Shown here: positions 8,993 through 19,206 of the stretch, in pieces | How positions within the stretch are numbered: the first letter of the stretch is position 1 | How the letters are laid out: every line of letters begins with the position of its first letter | Notes under the pieces: generated by a model | The model's input: the letters and a program-made list of their open reading frames with translations, nothing else | Database searches by the model: none | Told to the model about the DNA's origin: nothing | Program-made: the position numbers and the translations under genes | NCBI GenBank assembly: GCA_016867315.1 | Contig: VGJV01000001.1 | Location: 130,649-194,648 of the forward strand | DNA: 64,000 nucleotides | Direction of reading: 5' to 3' | Source: Candidatus Liptonbacteria bacterium | Lineage (GTDB): Bacteria > Patescibacteriota > Minisyncoccia > UBA6257 > 2-01-FULL-56-20

Positions 8993-9772
8993 TTAGGAAA
9001 TAGTCAAGTCTGTAAGTGCCTCTTCGTATTCCAGCTTTCCGGATTTAACTGCGGCATCGTAGGTCGCGAACCTCCCTATTGCCCCTGGAGTCATTGCGCT
9101 TAAAATATTAAAAATCTTCGCTGCAGGATCACGGGAGAGAAACATGGCCTCAAGCACCGCGAGGCGCGTTTTTTTGTCTCCGTATCCGAACCGACGGGCA
9201 AGCGCAAAAAATTCCGGCCGAATTTCTACTCCCAATTCTTCCAATTCCTTCCTCTGAATCGTCCGCTTCTCTCCTACGAACCTCTCGAGTTCAGTGATGA
9301 GTCTCCAGTTATCTCCCGCATAGGCATCGCTCAATAATTGCGCCGCGTCTGGCGCAAGCGAAACTCCTCTCATTTTGGCTTCGCTCACGATAAACTGCTC
9401 CCACGCCTTACCTTCCAGAGGCTCAAATTCTTGCGCGATTGCGGGAGCCTTCAAAAGAAAATTCAAATCCTTTTTGGGAACCTCCGACTCCGCAAGGAGA
9501 ATAGTAACGGTTTTGGAATTTTCGAACTTTGGGAGCCACTCGCTCAAAAACCCTTCCGGCGCTTCCCACGCGGCATCGAGTACCGCCAAGCGCTGAGGGT
9601 CAAAAAGAGATTCGTTCCGCCCGAATTCTTGAAGTTTAAGAAGCGCTTCTTCGTTCGCGCAGTCGAATTTTTCTAACCCCAACGAAGAATGTTTCTTCAA
9701 AAACTCTCCTATAATCTGCTGCTTCTTTCTTATGCGCCGGTAATCATCCGGACCGTAGAGCGTGATGAGCAT
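8993..9772 (-). CDS. holA: DNA polymerase III delta subunit (short form)
   Basis: MLITLYGPDDY, SLF...RLAVL, 'NWRLITELER' typical of HolA. Confidence 0.75.
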   Translation of the reverse strand: MLITLYGPDDYRRIRKKQQIIGEFLKKHSSLGLEKFDCANEEALLKLQEFGRNESLFDPQRLAVLDAAWEAPEGFLSEWLPKFENSKTVTILLAESEVPKKDLNFLLKAPAIAQEFEPLEGKAWEQFIVSEAKMRGVSLAPDAAQLLSDAYAGDNWRLITELERFVGEKRTIQRKELEELGVEIRPEFFALARRFGYGDKKTRLAVLEAMFLSRDPAAKIFNILSAMTPGAIGRFATYDAAVKSGKLEYEEALTDLTIS

Positions 9773-11468
9773 TCGGATTAGGACGAACCACCAGCACCGC
9801 AGGCTTTCGATTCTTTTTTTCCTGCTCCCCGCGTTTTACGCTGGCTTTTATAAAGCTGCGGAAAAGCGGATGAGGAGCGAGCGGACGCGATTTAAATTCG
9901 GGATGAAATTGCGTGCCCACAAAAAAAGGGTGCGCGGCTTTCGGTAACTCGGCGATCTCCATGAGACGCCGATCCGGAGAAATGCCAGAAAATACCAGGC
10001 CTTTCTTTTCTAAGCGTTCGATGTATTTCGGATTCACTTCGTATCGGTGCCGATGCCGCTCGGAAATGCGCGGAGTGTCATAGGCTTCACGAGCTACGCT
10101 TCCCGGTTTTAATGTCGTGGGATACGCGCCCAAGCGCATCGTGCCTCCATAGTTTTTCTCCGCCACATTCGCTCGCTGCTCCGGTATAAAATCGATCACT
10201 GGGTGTGGGGTTTTGGAATCAATTTCCGTGGTGTTCGCTTTGGCCAACCCCGCTGCATTTCGCGCAAATTCAATCGTTGCTAACTGCATGCCGTAACAGA
10301 GACCGAATAAAGGAATCCCCTTTTCGCGTGCATACCTGATGGCGGCGATTATTCCCTCCACGCCGCGCCCACCGAATCCGCCTGGGACCACTATCCCCCC
10401 TACCCCTTCGAGTTCTTTAAGAAGTTTTGGATCTCTCTCATATCGCTCCGAGTCTAGCCACAGTATTTTCGCTTTTTTCCCCACGCTCCACGCCGCATGA
10501 TTTACCGATTCTATGACGGAAATGTAGGTGTCTTTTACGGATTTAAAATTGAAATACTTCCCCACAATCCCAATCACCACCTCCTTGTCCATTTTTTTGA
10601 TTTTTCTCGCGAGCGCCATCCAATCTTTCAAATCCTTCGTTCTGGATTTCAGCCCTAATGCCCCGAGCAGTGTATCACTCAACTTTTCCTTCTCGAAATT
10701 TACCGGCACGTCATAGATCGAATACACGTCGGGGGCAGAGATAATGCGCTCCACGGGCAAGCTGCACACGTTGCTGATGGTCCGTTTGATGTCCTGGGTG
10801 GCCGGCCGCTCGGCGCGACAGAGTACGAAATCAGGATTCAATCCCACCGAATGAAGATCGTTTACCGCTCGCTGGGTAGGTTTGGATTTCTGTTCGCCTA
10901 AGAGCGCAGGCGTGGGGAGATAGCTTATAAGCACCACCATTACATCCGCCGGATGTTTGGATTTCATCATCCGGGTGGCCTCGAGAAACGGGAAGAGTTG
11001 GTACTCTCCGACCGTCCCGCCATACTCCACTATCGTGATTTCCGCGTTATTTTTTCGCTGACACGCTTCGATGCGCCGAATGATTTCTTTCGGAATATCG
11101 GGGTACACCTCCACATCTTCACCGTGGTACTCGAGGTTTCGTTCCTTCCGGATGACTTCCTGATATACCTGGCCTGTCGTGATGTAATTCTCTCGGGTGG
11201 AGAGCTGATCCGTAAATCGCTCGTAGTTGCCCAGATCCTGATCGGCTTCGATGCCGTCCTCCCCCACAAACACTTCGCCATGTTCCGCGGGACGGATCGT
11301 ACCCGCGTCCACGTTTACATACATATCTGCTTTCAGGTTGGCTACGCGATAGCCGCGGGACTGCAAAATTTTCCCGATGGAAGCGGCGGCGACTCCTTTC
11401 CCCACCGAGGACATTACTCCTCCCACTACGAAAATATACTTTGGAGTCGTTTTCCCTTTGGCCGCCAT
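9744..11468 (-). CDS. pyrG: CTP synthase
   Basis: GGVMSSVGKG, HGEVFV, GLCYGMQ, RHRHRYE, QFHPEF; start may instead be 11495. Confidence 0.97.
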   Translation of the reverse strand: MAAKGKTTPKYIFVVGGVMSSVGKGVAAASIGKILQSRGYRVANLKADMYVNVDAGTIRPAEHGEVFVGEDGIEADQDLGNYERFTDQLSTRENYITTGQVYQEVIRKERNLEYHGEDVEVYPDIPKEIIRRIEACQRKNNAEITIVEYGGTVGEYQLFPFLEATRMMKSKHPADVMVVLISYLPTPALLGEQKSKPTQRAVNDLHSVGLNPDFVLCRAERPATQDIKRTISNVCSLPVERIISAPDVYSIYDVPVNFEKEKLSDTLLGALGLKSRTKDLKDWMALARKIKKMDKEVVIGIVGKYFNFKSVKDTYISVIESVNHAAWSVGKKAKILWLDSERYERDPKLLKELEGVGGIVVPGGFGGRGVEGIIAAIRYAREKGIPLFGLCYGMQLATIEFARNAAGLAKANTTEIDSKTPHPVIDFIPEQRANVAEKNYGGTMRLGAYPTTLKPGSVAREAYDTPRISERHRHRYEVNPKYIERLEKKGLVFSGISPDRRLMEIAELPKAAHPFFVGTQFHPEFKSRPLAPHPLFRSFIKASVKRGEQEKKNRKPAVLVVRPNPNAHHALRSG

Positions 11469-11562
11469 ATTGCCTATATTGTCCTCATAATTCAAAGAAA
11501 GGCAAGTGGAATAAAAACAAAGGAGCCCACCTTTCGGCCGGGCTCACTTGTTTTTCTCTGCT

Positions 11563-11853
11563 TTAGTTCCATCGCGGATTCGGTGGGTCCTCGTCATCTC
11601 CTTTCTGTTTTTTCCACCAGTCGGGGTCGTCGTAGAATTTTTTATTTTGCTCCCCCTCTAACTCATCGTTGGCTTCTTGGATCATTCCCTGAGCTTCCTC
11701 AAACAAGCCTAGGTAGATTTCTTTTTCCTTCTCGCTTCGACACGCGTGGGCTTTCTTCAATGCCCAGAATGCACCCACGAGTCCGATTATTCCCGTAATC
11801 ACCGCTGAGCCTTTTCCTTTTCCCTTCCCCGCCAAGAGTAGCCCTTGCAACAT
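11563..11853 (-). CDS. Small membrane-anchored hypothetical protein
   Basis: One TM helix then an acidic tail ending DDPDWWKK; followed by a hairpin at about 11521-11555. Confidence 0.6.
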   Translation of the reverse strand: MLQGLLLAGKGKGKGSAVITGIIGLVGAFWALKKAHACRSEKEKEIYLGLFEEAQGMIQEANDELEGEQNKKFYDDPDWWKKQKGDDEDPPNPRWN

Positions 11854-11891
11854 AAGGGTTTTCTCACTTTCTATCTGCCACCTGTTACTCG

Positions 11892-13226
11892 CTACGAAAG
11901 CGGCACTTCGTGCCGGGGCACGAGTTTCTGATCCGTCGCAAGCGTAAAGTGGAAGGTAGTCCCCCGCTCGGGAACGGACTCCGCCCAGATGCGGCCGCCG
12001 TGGGCTTGAATGATATTTTTCACAATATAAAGACCCAAACCTGAACCTTCCGTTTGAAGCTTCACCGCATTATCCGCCCGGAAGAATTTGGTGAAAAGTT
12101 TCTTCAAATCTTTCGGGGGGATACCGATACCGGTATCTTTTATTGTCACTTCTACGTAAGGACCTTCGGTGGCAGGTTTTACATCAACTGTCACTGTGCC
12201 GTTTTTTACGTTGTAGCGAATCGCATTTTCCACGAGGTTCGAAGTCGCCATGGCAAGCTTCTGCGGATCCGCAGTTACGAGCGGCAAACCAACCTTCGGC
12301 GCATTAAAATAAATTGAGACGCCTGCGTGCGTTGCCGCAGGGATGATTTGGGCCAGTAGCTTGTTCAAGAATTGCACGATATCTACCGTCGTGAAGGAAT
12401 ATCCAAATCGTCCCTCTTCGATCTTCGCGATGCCCAAGAGATCGTCGATGATCTTCAAAAGCGTCTCGCTGCCTTCGAAAGCACCATCGATAAGTGCCTT
12501 CGTATTTGCATCAAACTTCGAAGAGTCCTTATGGAGGGAGTCGAGGGCCCAATGAATGCCCGTCGTCGGAGTCCGCAGTTGGTGCGAAGCAATCGTTACG
12601 AATTCGCTTTTGGATTTGATGAGGCTTACCTCTCGAGTGCGATCCCGAATGACTTTCGCAAATCCTATCGGCGCTCCATCTTCTCCTTTCCCTAAAGAAA
12701 GCGAAGTGATGCGAAGTTCCAGGAAGGGGTCATTAAAAGAGAGGTCCACAATCTGAGGGAACACTCCCGCAGGAGAACGGGCAATCATTCCAGGGGCAAG
12801 CGAAGGAAACGCGACTTGCGCCAAAAGACGCCGGCGGGGATTTTCCGCATCCTGAGGGCTTACCACCTTTCCCAACACCTCGGCGGATTCTAAGCCAAAA
12901 AGCCTCTCGGCAGCTGGATTCCAAAATGTCACCTTGAAATCTTTGTCGTATACAAAAAGCGCATCATCTAACCTTTCGAGTACCGTGCGAAATTCTTCGG
13001 AAGCAAAAGAGGTAGCGGCAGGAGTAGGAGATTTCGGCTGAAGAGCTCCCAGGGCAGCAAGGAGTACCGCTCCCAGAATGAGCGCCCCCTGCATAATCAC
13101 AAGATAGGCGGGCAAGGCCCAGGCGGCGATTCCCACTGCCACAAGGAAAGGCACCCCTGCGAGCCAAATAAGATTCGTCGGCTTCGGAGGAGCGGCGTCG
13201 GTTTTGGGAAGCGGTTTAATTTCCAT
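11892..13226 (-). CDS. PAS-domain sensor histidine kinase
   Basis: Two TMs, PAS (WNPAAERLFG), H-box SHQLRTP, N/G1/F/G2 boxes. Confidence 0.93.
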   Translation of the reverse strand: MEIKPLPKTDAAPPKPTNLIWLAGVPFLVAVGIAAWALPAYLVIMQGALILGAVLLAALGALQPKSPTPAATSFASEEFRTVLERLDDALFVYDKDFKVTFWNPAAERLFGLESAEVLGKVVSPQDAENPRRRLLAQVAFPSLAPGMIARSPAGVFPQIVDLSFNDPFLELRITSLSLGKGEDGAPIGFAKVIRDRTREVSLIKSKSEFVTIASHQLRTPTTGIHWALDSLHKDSSKFDANTKALIDGAFEGSETLLKIIDDLLGIAKIEEGRFGYSFTTVDIVQFLNKLLAQIIPAATHAGVSIYFNAPKVGLPLVTADPQKLAMATSNLVENAIRYNVKNGTVTVDVKPATEGPYVEVTIKDTGIGIPPKDLKKLFTKFFRADNAVKLQTEGSGLGLYIVKNIIQAHGGRIWAESVPERGTTFHFTLATDQKLVPRHEVPLS

Positions 13227-13233
13227 TAGCTCT

Positions 13234-15708
13234 CTACAATGTGAGGGTTTCCATATGCCCCCAGTCTTTGCCCCTCGAAATTTTTACTGTGAGCGGCACA
13301 GAGAGTGGGTAGGCGGATTCCATGACCTCCCGTATCTTTGGCGCTATAAGAGCAATCATATCATCGCGGATTTCGAACAACAATTCATCATGAATAGAGA
13401 GAAGCATTGCAGCACTCTGCCCCCAGCCTTCCGCATGAAACAAGTCGCGAATGCGTACCATTGCGAGCTTCACAATATCTGCTTCCAACCCCTGAATGGG
13501 GAAATTCACTGCAACTCTTTCCGCCTCCGCCCGGAAACGAGGAACGGCCGAGCGGCTGCCTGGGATGTAGCGACGACGTCCAGTTAAGGTTTGGACGTAT
13601 CCCTCTTCTCTTGCCTCTTTCTTTATCAATTCCTGCCACTCTTTTACCCGTTCAAACGTTTTGAAATATTGGCCGATAAATTTCTTGGCTTCTTCCGCCG
13701 AAACGCCCGCAGCCTGCGCAAAAGCCCGTGCGCCCATGCCATACATAAGGCCGAAGTTTAAGGTTTTGGCGAGGCGCCGCTCCTTGTCTCCTACCGCTTC
13801 GGGAGCAATTCCCAATACTCGTGCGGCAGTAAGGCGGTGTAGATCGTCGCCACGGTGGAAAGCGGCCACGAGCTCCTCATCCCCCGAGAGCGCCGCAAGG
13901 ATGCGAAGCTCTAGCTGAGTGTAATCACACGCCACGAGCGAACTCCCTACGGGAGCAATAAACGCGCCACGAAGTTCTTTGGCCAAGACGAATGTTTGCG
14001 GAATATTTTGCAAATTCGGATCCCGAGAACTCAATCGGCCCGTGCCCGTGCCCGTTTGCACAAAATCAGTATGCACTCGCCCGTCTTCCTCAATGCAATC
14101 GAGGAGAGGGCCGAGATATGTGGACCTGGCTTTGAAAAACTCCCGATATTCCAAAAGCTCCCGCACAATCGGATGCACGTCCGCGACGCCGAGGAGTGCC
14201 TCTTCCCGAGTGGATTTCAGCCCCGTGCGAGTTACCGATTTCCCCCGAATCCCCAACTTTTCAAAAAGGATGCGGCTCACTTCGCGGGGAGAATTCAGAT
14301 TAAACACTTCGCCGGCATGGGCGTAAATCCCCTTTTCCAATTCTCGAAGGCGCGCATCCACCTTGGAGAGAAGCGACGTAAGTCGCTCTTTCGAGAGCGC
14401 CACTCCTTTTTGCTCCATTTCGGCGAGCACCCGAAGGAGGGGCATCTCAATGGTTTCGAATACCGTGTTTAAATTGTGCGCCGCAAGCGTGTGATATTCC
14501 CAGGCAAAAAGCTTTTCGTATTCATCTTTCGTATTCATCCATGGCGTTCCTAAAAATCGATGTGCAATTGAAGCAGGATCGTAGGTCTTGAAGTCGGGAT
14601 CGATAAGCCAGGCGCCTACCCCCAGATCCCAATAGGGCGCGGCTCCGTCTTCCGACTTTTCCCAGGCGGACTTTAGCCAGGATTTTAGATTGAATCCCAC
14701 CTTAAGCCCCTCGAAATGGATAGCTTCTTCACCCACTACAAACTCATGAAGGGGCAGAGGGCCCGCTTTCGTTAAAACTTCGGCGGGTAGGCCCTTCTTT
14801 TCTATTTCTACTTTTTGTTGGGTAGGCTCTCCGCCCATCCGCTTCACGAGTGCACGGAAACCGAGCGCCTCGAAGTATGCTTTCGCCGTGTCTAAATTCT
14901 CGGCCACTTCGACCGCCGGAAGGGAGTCGGCCGCGAGCGGCGCATCCGCGCGAAGTGTCACGAGCATTTTCGAAAGCTCCGCTTCTTCTCGGTATGGGAG
15001 CAGCTTGGTTTTTAATTTCTCGTCGGAAGGAGCGGCTTCGTACAATTTCTCGAGGGTTCCAAATTTCTGAAGAAAAGCAGCGGCGGTTTTGGGGCCTATA
15101 CCCGGGACGCCTTTCACATTATCAGAAGGGTCGCCTACTAAGGCCTTGTAATCGGGCAGTTGCCCCGGAGCTAATCCATATCGGGCGCGCACCGCGGTGT
15201 CTCCGTATTTCATCACTTCGCTAATGCCGGTTTTCAAGGCCCACACGACCACATGCTCGTCCTCCACTAATTGCAGGGTGTCCAAATCTCCCGTAAGAAT
15301 CACTACTTGATCCGGAGTCAGATGCCGGAATTTTCCTGCGGCAGTCGCGATTAAATCGTCCGCTTCCCATCCAGGCGCTTCAAACACCCCAATACCGAAG
15401 GCGGCGAAAAGTCGATGCGCCTCGATGATCTGCGCAATCAGTTCATCGGGCGCTTTGGGACGCTGTGCTTTATACGCCGCATACTTTTCTTTGCGAAAAG
15501 TAGGCTCAGGTCGGTCAAAAAAAGCCGCGGCGTAGCGTGGCTTTTCTTCTTTCCAGAGCTTCAACAGGATGCTGGCCACCCCATAGACTGCCTGTACGGG
15601 GGCCCCGCTCGGAGAGGTGAGCGGAGGGAGCGCATGAAACGCTCGATGCACGAGCGAATTGGCATCGATCAAAAATATTTTTTTGTTTGGATTATTCATT
15701 GGAATCAT
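13234..15708 (-). CDS. polA: DNA polymerase I
   Basis: 5'-3' exonuclease (DANSLVHRAFHA, EADD, GDPSDN); polymerase motifs DYTQLELR, AKTLNFG, IHDELL. Confidence 0.97.
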   Translation of the reverse strand: MIPMNNPNKKIFLIDANSLVHRAFHALPPLTSPSGAPVQAVYGVASILLKLWKEEKPRYAAAFFDRPEPTFRKEKYAAYKAQRPKAPDELIAQIIEAHRLFAAFGIGVFEAPGWEADDLIATAAGKFRHLTPDQVVILTGDLDTLQLVEDEHVVVWALKTGISEVMKYGDTAVRARYGLAPGQLPDYKALVGDPSDNVKGVPGIGPKTAAAFLQKFGTLEKLYEAAPSDEKLKTKLLPYREEAELSKMLVTLRADAPLAADSLPAVEVAENLDTAKAYFEALGFRALVKRMGGEPTQQKVEIEKKGLPAEVLTKAGPLPLHEFVVGEEAIHFEGLKVGFNLKSWLKSAWEKSEDGAAPYWDLGVGAWLIDPDFKTYDPASIAHRFLGTPWMNTKDEYEKLFAWEYHTLAAHNLNTVFETIEMPLLRVLAEMEQKGVALSKERLTSLLSKVDARLRELEKGIYAHAGEVFNLNSPREVSRILFEKLGIRGKSVTRTGLKSTREEALLGVADVHPIVRELLEYREFFKARSTYLGPLLDCIEEDGRVHTDFVQTGTGTGRLSSRDPNLQNIPQTFVLAKELRGAFIAPVGSSLVACDYTQLELRILAALSGDEELVAAFHRGDDLHRLTAARVLGIAPEAVGDKERRLAKTLNFGLMYGMGARAFAQAAGVSAEEAKKFIGQYFKTFERVKEWQELIKKEAREEGYVQTLTGRRRYIPGSRSAVPRFRAEAERVAVNFPIQGLEADIVKLAMVRIRDLFHAEGWGQSAAMLLSIHDELLFEIRDDMIALIAPKIREVMESAYPLSVPLTVKISRGKDWGHMETLTL

Positions 15709-15766
15709 TCGTCCTATTCCTTGCGGCCGTCGCTCTGCGAGAATCCCCGCACGGAACAGGACTTCA

Positions 15767-16216
15767 TTACTTATCTTCCCTTACTATAATAATTCGCTCG
15801 CGCTCGTTTCGCCCGTGTTCGAACGAGACTCGGACTGTCTTTTTTGGAAGGGTGCGCCCGGCGTGCTTTGCCCACTCTATTACAACTATGTTTTCCGGAG
15901 CAGCGAAAATTTCTTTCAACCTAAGGGCTTGAATGGCGCGAGGATCTTCCAGGCGATATAGATCGGCATGATAGAGCGACCCCTTATCCCGAAGTTTTAT
16001 TCGACGAAGCAAAATGAATGTGGGACTTACTGAACGACCGCGCACGCCTAAGGCCTTGAAAATCCCTTTCGTGAAAGTAGTCTTCCCTCCTCCCAGTGGT
16101 CCATCCAACGCGAACACAAGAGCCTGGGTTCTCTTTTTAAATCTATGAGCCGTCTCCCGAGTTATTTCCTGTCCCAGCCGCTCGGTCGTCCGCGCACTCG
16201 TCGTTACATAACGCAT
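15767..16216 (-). CDS. tsaE: tRNA t6A biosynthesis ATPase TsaE
   Basis: GPLGGGKTTF, SPTF, HADLYRL, IEWA. Confidence 0.95.
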   Translation of the reverse strand: MRYVTTSARTTERLGQEITRETAHRFKKRTQALVFALDGPLGGGKTTFTKGIFKALGVRGRSVSPTFILLRRIKLRDKGSLYHADLYRLEDPRAIQALRLKEIFAAPENIVVIEWAKHAGRTLPKKTVRVSFEHGRNERERIIIVREDK

Positions 16217-16225
16217 TCCGGAAGT

Positions 16226-17230
16226 CTACAAAAGATCCCCGCGGCGCACCACCCCCAAGTGGTCATATGCGGCCGGCAGCGCGATTCGCCCAGCGGAAGA
16301 CCGCTGCAAGAACCCCAAAGCCATGAGATACGGCTCATAAATGTCCTCGATTACTCCCCTATCTTCGTTCAACGCCGCGGCAAGGGTACCCACTCCTACG
16401 GGGCCGCCTCCGAACTTACCAATGATGATTTCGAGAAGTTTACGATCTTGAGGTTCTAATCCCAACTCATCAATTTCCAAAAGTTCCAGCGTGCCCATGC
16501 TTACTGCTTCATCAATGGAAAGTTTGCCGTGCACTTCTGCATAGTCTCGGGCTCGGCGGAGCAAACGATTTGCTACCCTCGGCGTGCCTCTCGAAGCTCG
16601 GGCGAGAATATTTATAGCCGTAGGCTCGATCGCGGTGCCCAAAATTCGGGCAGAGCGACTAAGAATTTCGGCGATCTCCGCGCTATTGTAATACCCCAAC
16701 CGAAAGGTGGCTCCGAATCTGGAGCGCAGCGGCTGCGAGAGCAAGTTTTCCCGAGTGGTCGCTGCAACGAGCGTAAATGGGGGGAGATCTAAAAGAAGCG
16801 TGCGCGCGCTCGGCCCCTTTCCCACTACTACATGGAGCTTCCGCATCTCCATTGCCGGGTAAAGCACCTCCTCTATCATTCGGTTGATCCGGTGGGCTTC
16901 ATCTATAAAAAGTACCTCGCCCGGATTCAGGTTCGTCAAAATGGCCGCGAGGTCCCCCATCTTTTCAATAGCAGGCCCCGAGGTTACCTTCATAGAACCA
17001 CCCATTTCTTTCGCTACTAAATGAGCCAGTGTAGTTTTGCCCAAGCCCGCCGGACCAGAGAATAAGAGATGATCCGCGGCCTCTCCCCGGCGCTTCGCCG
17101 CCTCGATCAGAATTCGAAGATTATCTTTGATCCTTTCTTGGCCTATATAGGCATCCCAAGACGCCGGCCGTAGGGCTTGATCGGTATTTCCTTCCTCTTC
17201 TTTAAGTTTTCGAGGGGTTTCAGGGGGCAT
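16226..17230 (-). CDS. ruvB: Holliday junction DNA helicase RuvB
   Basis: LRP, GPAGLGKTTLA, FIDEAHR, SRGTPRVANRLLRR, YEPYL. Confidence 0.97.
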   Translation of the reverse strand: MPPETPRKLKEEEGNTDQALRPASWDAYIGQERIKDNLRILIEAAKRRGEAADHLLFSGPAGLGKTTLAHLVAKEMGGSMKVTSGPAIEKMGDLAAILTNLNPGEVLFIDEAHRINRMIEEVLYPAMEMRKLHVVVGKGPSARTLLLDLPPFTLVAATTRENLLSQPLRSRFGATFRLGYYNSAEIAEILSRSARILGTAIEPTAINILARASRGTPRVANRLLRRARDYAEVHGKLSIDEAVSMGTLELLEIDELGLEPQDRKLLEIIIGKFGGGPVGVGTLAAALNEDRGVIEDIYEPYLMALGFLQRSSAGRIALPAAYDHLGVVRRGDLL

Positions 17231-17240
17231 TAGTAAGGGG

Positions 17241-17269
17241 TTGACAATGAAGATTCTTTATGCTACTAT
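17241..17269 (+). promoter_or_regulatory. Sigma70 promoter pointing into a non-coding structured region
   Basis: TTGACA-17 nt-TACTAT with TG extension. Confidence 0.7.
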
Positions 17270-17301
17270 CTCCAACCATAAGGAAGAAGTAGGTAGGTCA
17301 T

Positions 17302-17453
17302 TTGAAATCTGAGGGCTGGAATTATTTCTAGATATTTTAGGACGGCTTGGCTTCGGCGAAGCCCATCCTCAGAATAATTCTATCCTCTTTTCACTTTGTG
17401 AGAAGAGAAACCACCTGTCCCGATGAATTTCGGGATACGCCCTCAGATTTCAA
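17302..17453 (+). ncRNA. Candidate structured ncRNA or palindromic element closed by a perfect 15-bp stem
   Basis: TTGAAATCTGAGGGC / GCCCTCAGATTTCAA enclosing three hairpins, one with a cUUCGg loop. Confidence 0.5.
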
Positions 17454-17458
17454 GCGAG

Positions 17459-19132
17459 CTACCATACTAAAGGACCGGTGACTTCCTCCACCTCTTTAGG
17501 ACTCGTCACCCCCTGAATGATTTTAAGTATTCCGTCTTGCTGCATGGTTACCATCCCCTGTTGCTCGGCGAGTTTGGCGAGCACCGCTTCGGAAGCTTCT
17601 CCTATAATTACCTCTTCCAAATCCCGCCCTCCCCGGAAAAATTCAAATATTCCCACTCTGCCTTTATAGCCAAAGTGGTTGCATACCTCACATCCTACCG
17701 GCTCAAAGAGCGTCGGGATGGCGTATTGCACTCGCTCCACTCGCGTGGGCAATTTTTTTAAGAACGCCTCGATTCTTTTTTTGAGTTCCGGCGTGGGTTC
17801 CACTGGTTTTTTACACTTTCCGCATAATTTTCGCACTAGCCGTTGAGCGATCACGAGCGAAAGCGCCGCGCCGATAGTCGCGGGCTTCACTCCGAGATTT
17901 GCCAACCTCGGCACCGCCCCCACCGCATCGTTCGTGTGTAGCGTGCTCAAGACTAGATGGCCAGTAAGCGACGCTTGTAACGCGATATCGGCGGTTTCCG
18001 TATCCCGAATTTCTCCCACGAGGACTATATCCGGGTCCTGCCTTACGATCGCTCGAAGGCCGCTTGCGAATGTATACCCTGCTTCCGGGTCGACTTGAGT
18101 CTGCTCAATACCTTCGATGCGATACTCAATAGGATCTTCCACGGTAATAATTTTCATCTCCGGATCGTTCAACTTCCGCAAAAAAGCGTACAGGGTGGTG
18201 GTTTTCCCGGAGCCGGTCGGCCCGGTGTTCAGGATTAACCCATTGGGTTTCGCGAGTTCCGCATTCACAATTACGAGATCATCCGGACGCAAGCCCAGGG
18301 CCGCAAATTCCAAAGTAGTTTCTTTGGGATCGAGCACCCGCATTACCACTGCTTCTCCAAACTCAGAAGGGGCGATAGAAACCCGGATTTCAATGTCCTT
18401 ACCCTCGACACGCACCGTGAATCTCCCATCCTGGGCTTCGTCTCTCACATTAATCTTTAGACCCGAGAGCAACTTCAGACGAGAAAGAAGCGATTCATAA
18501 CTTTTTACCGGAATGGCAGTGGCCGCATCGTGAAGGCGCCCGTCGATGCGATACCGGAACTTGGCATCTTTTTCTTCGGCTTCGCAGTGAATGTCTGACG
18601 CTTCGTTCGCGAGTGCGCCCGCGAGAAGCATTTCCAAAAGATCTGTAGTGCTTGTTTGATGAAAATCTAATTTACCAAATGCATCGTGCACCACTTGGAA
18701 GCCTTTAAGCTTCCCCATAAGTTCCGCGAATCGCCCTCCCAAATCCACCTTCCCAGTTATGTCGTGGGCTTCTTTGGCCGCGAAGGAATACATGTGCCAG
18801 AGTTCCTTAATTCCAGATTGCGACCCTATCATCACTTTAAACGTGGGGAATTGCTTTTTTAATTCACTTAGCAGCGCTTCGGTCGCGGGAAGACGAGGGT
18901 CTACCACCGCAACCACGAGGGCTTTATCTGTTTTTTCGAGTCCTACCGCCTGCGCTTCTTCGGCGCGCGCCTTAGGAATCACCAATACTGCATCAAACGA
19001 AGTGGGGACTTTACTTACTTCCACGTATGGGTAGCCTAGTTCTTCCGCCATCCTTTTTGCCGCTCTTTCTTCCCCCTCTCGGCGGAGACGGAGAAGTTCT
19101 TCATTTAACGGGGTGGGAGCAGCGATACTCAT
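17459..19132 (-). CDS. pilB: GspE/PulE/PilB-family type IV pilus assembly ATPase
   Basis: ASDIH, QDGRF, GPTGSGKTTTLY, EDPIEY, RQDPD, TGHLVLSTLHTND, tetracysteine motif. Confidence 0.92.
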   Translation of the reverse strand: MSIAAPTPLNEELLRLRREGEERAAKRMAEELGYPYVEVSKVPTSFDAVLVIPKARAEEAQAVGLEKTDKALVVAVVDPRLPATEALLSELKKQFPTFKVMIGSQSGIKELWHMYSFAAKEAHDITGKVDLGGRFAELMGKLKGFQVVHDAFGKLDFHQTSTTDLLEMLLAGALANEASDIHCEAEEKDAKFRYRIDGRLHDAATAIPVKSYESLLSRLKLLSGLKINVRDEAQDGRFTVRVEGKDIEIRVSIAPSEFGEAVVMRVLDPKETTLEFAALGLRPDDLVIVNAELAKPNGLILNTGPTGSGKTTTLYAFLRKLNDPEMKIITVEDPIEYRIEGIEQTQVDPEAGYTFASGLRAIVRQDPDIVLVGEIRDTETADIALQASLTGHLVLSTLHTNDAVGAVPRLANLGVKPATIGAALSLVIAQRLVRKLCGKCKKPVEPTPELKKRIEAFLKKLPTRVERVQYAIPTLFEPVGCEVCNHFGYKGRVGIFEFFRGGRDLEEVIIGEASEAVLAKLAEQQGMVTMQQDGILKIIQGVTSPKEVEEVTGPLVW

Positions 19133-19166
19133 TGTCACAATTATACCTCACCCTTCGAACAACTTT

Positions 19167-19194
19167 GAAATTAGAAATTGGGAATTAGAAATTG
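19167..19194 (+). repeat. Heptamer tandem array GAAATTA/GAAATTG/GGAATTA/GAAATTG
   Basis: Four 7-bp units abutting the yebC -10 box. Confidence 0.7.
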
Positions 19195-19206
19195 TATGCT
19201 CTCGGT

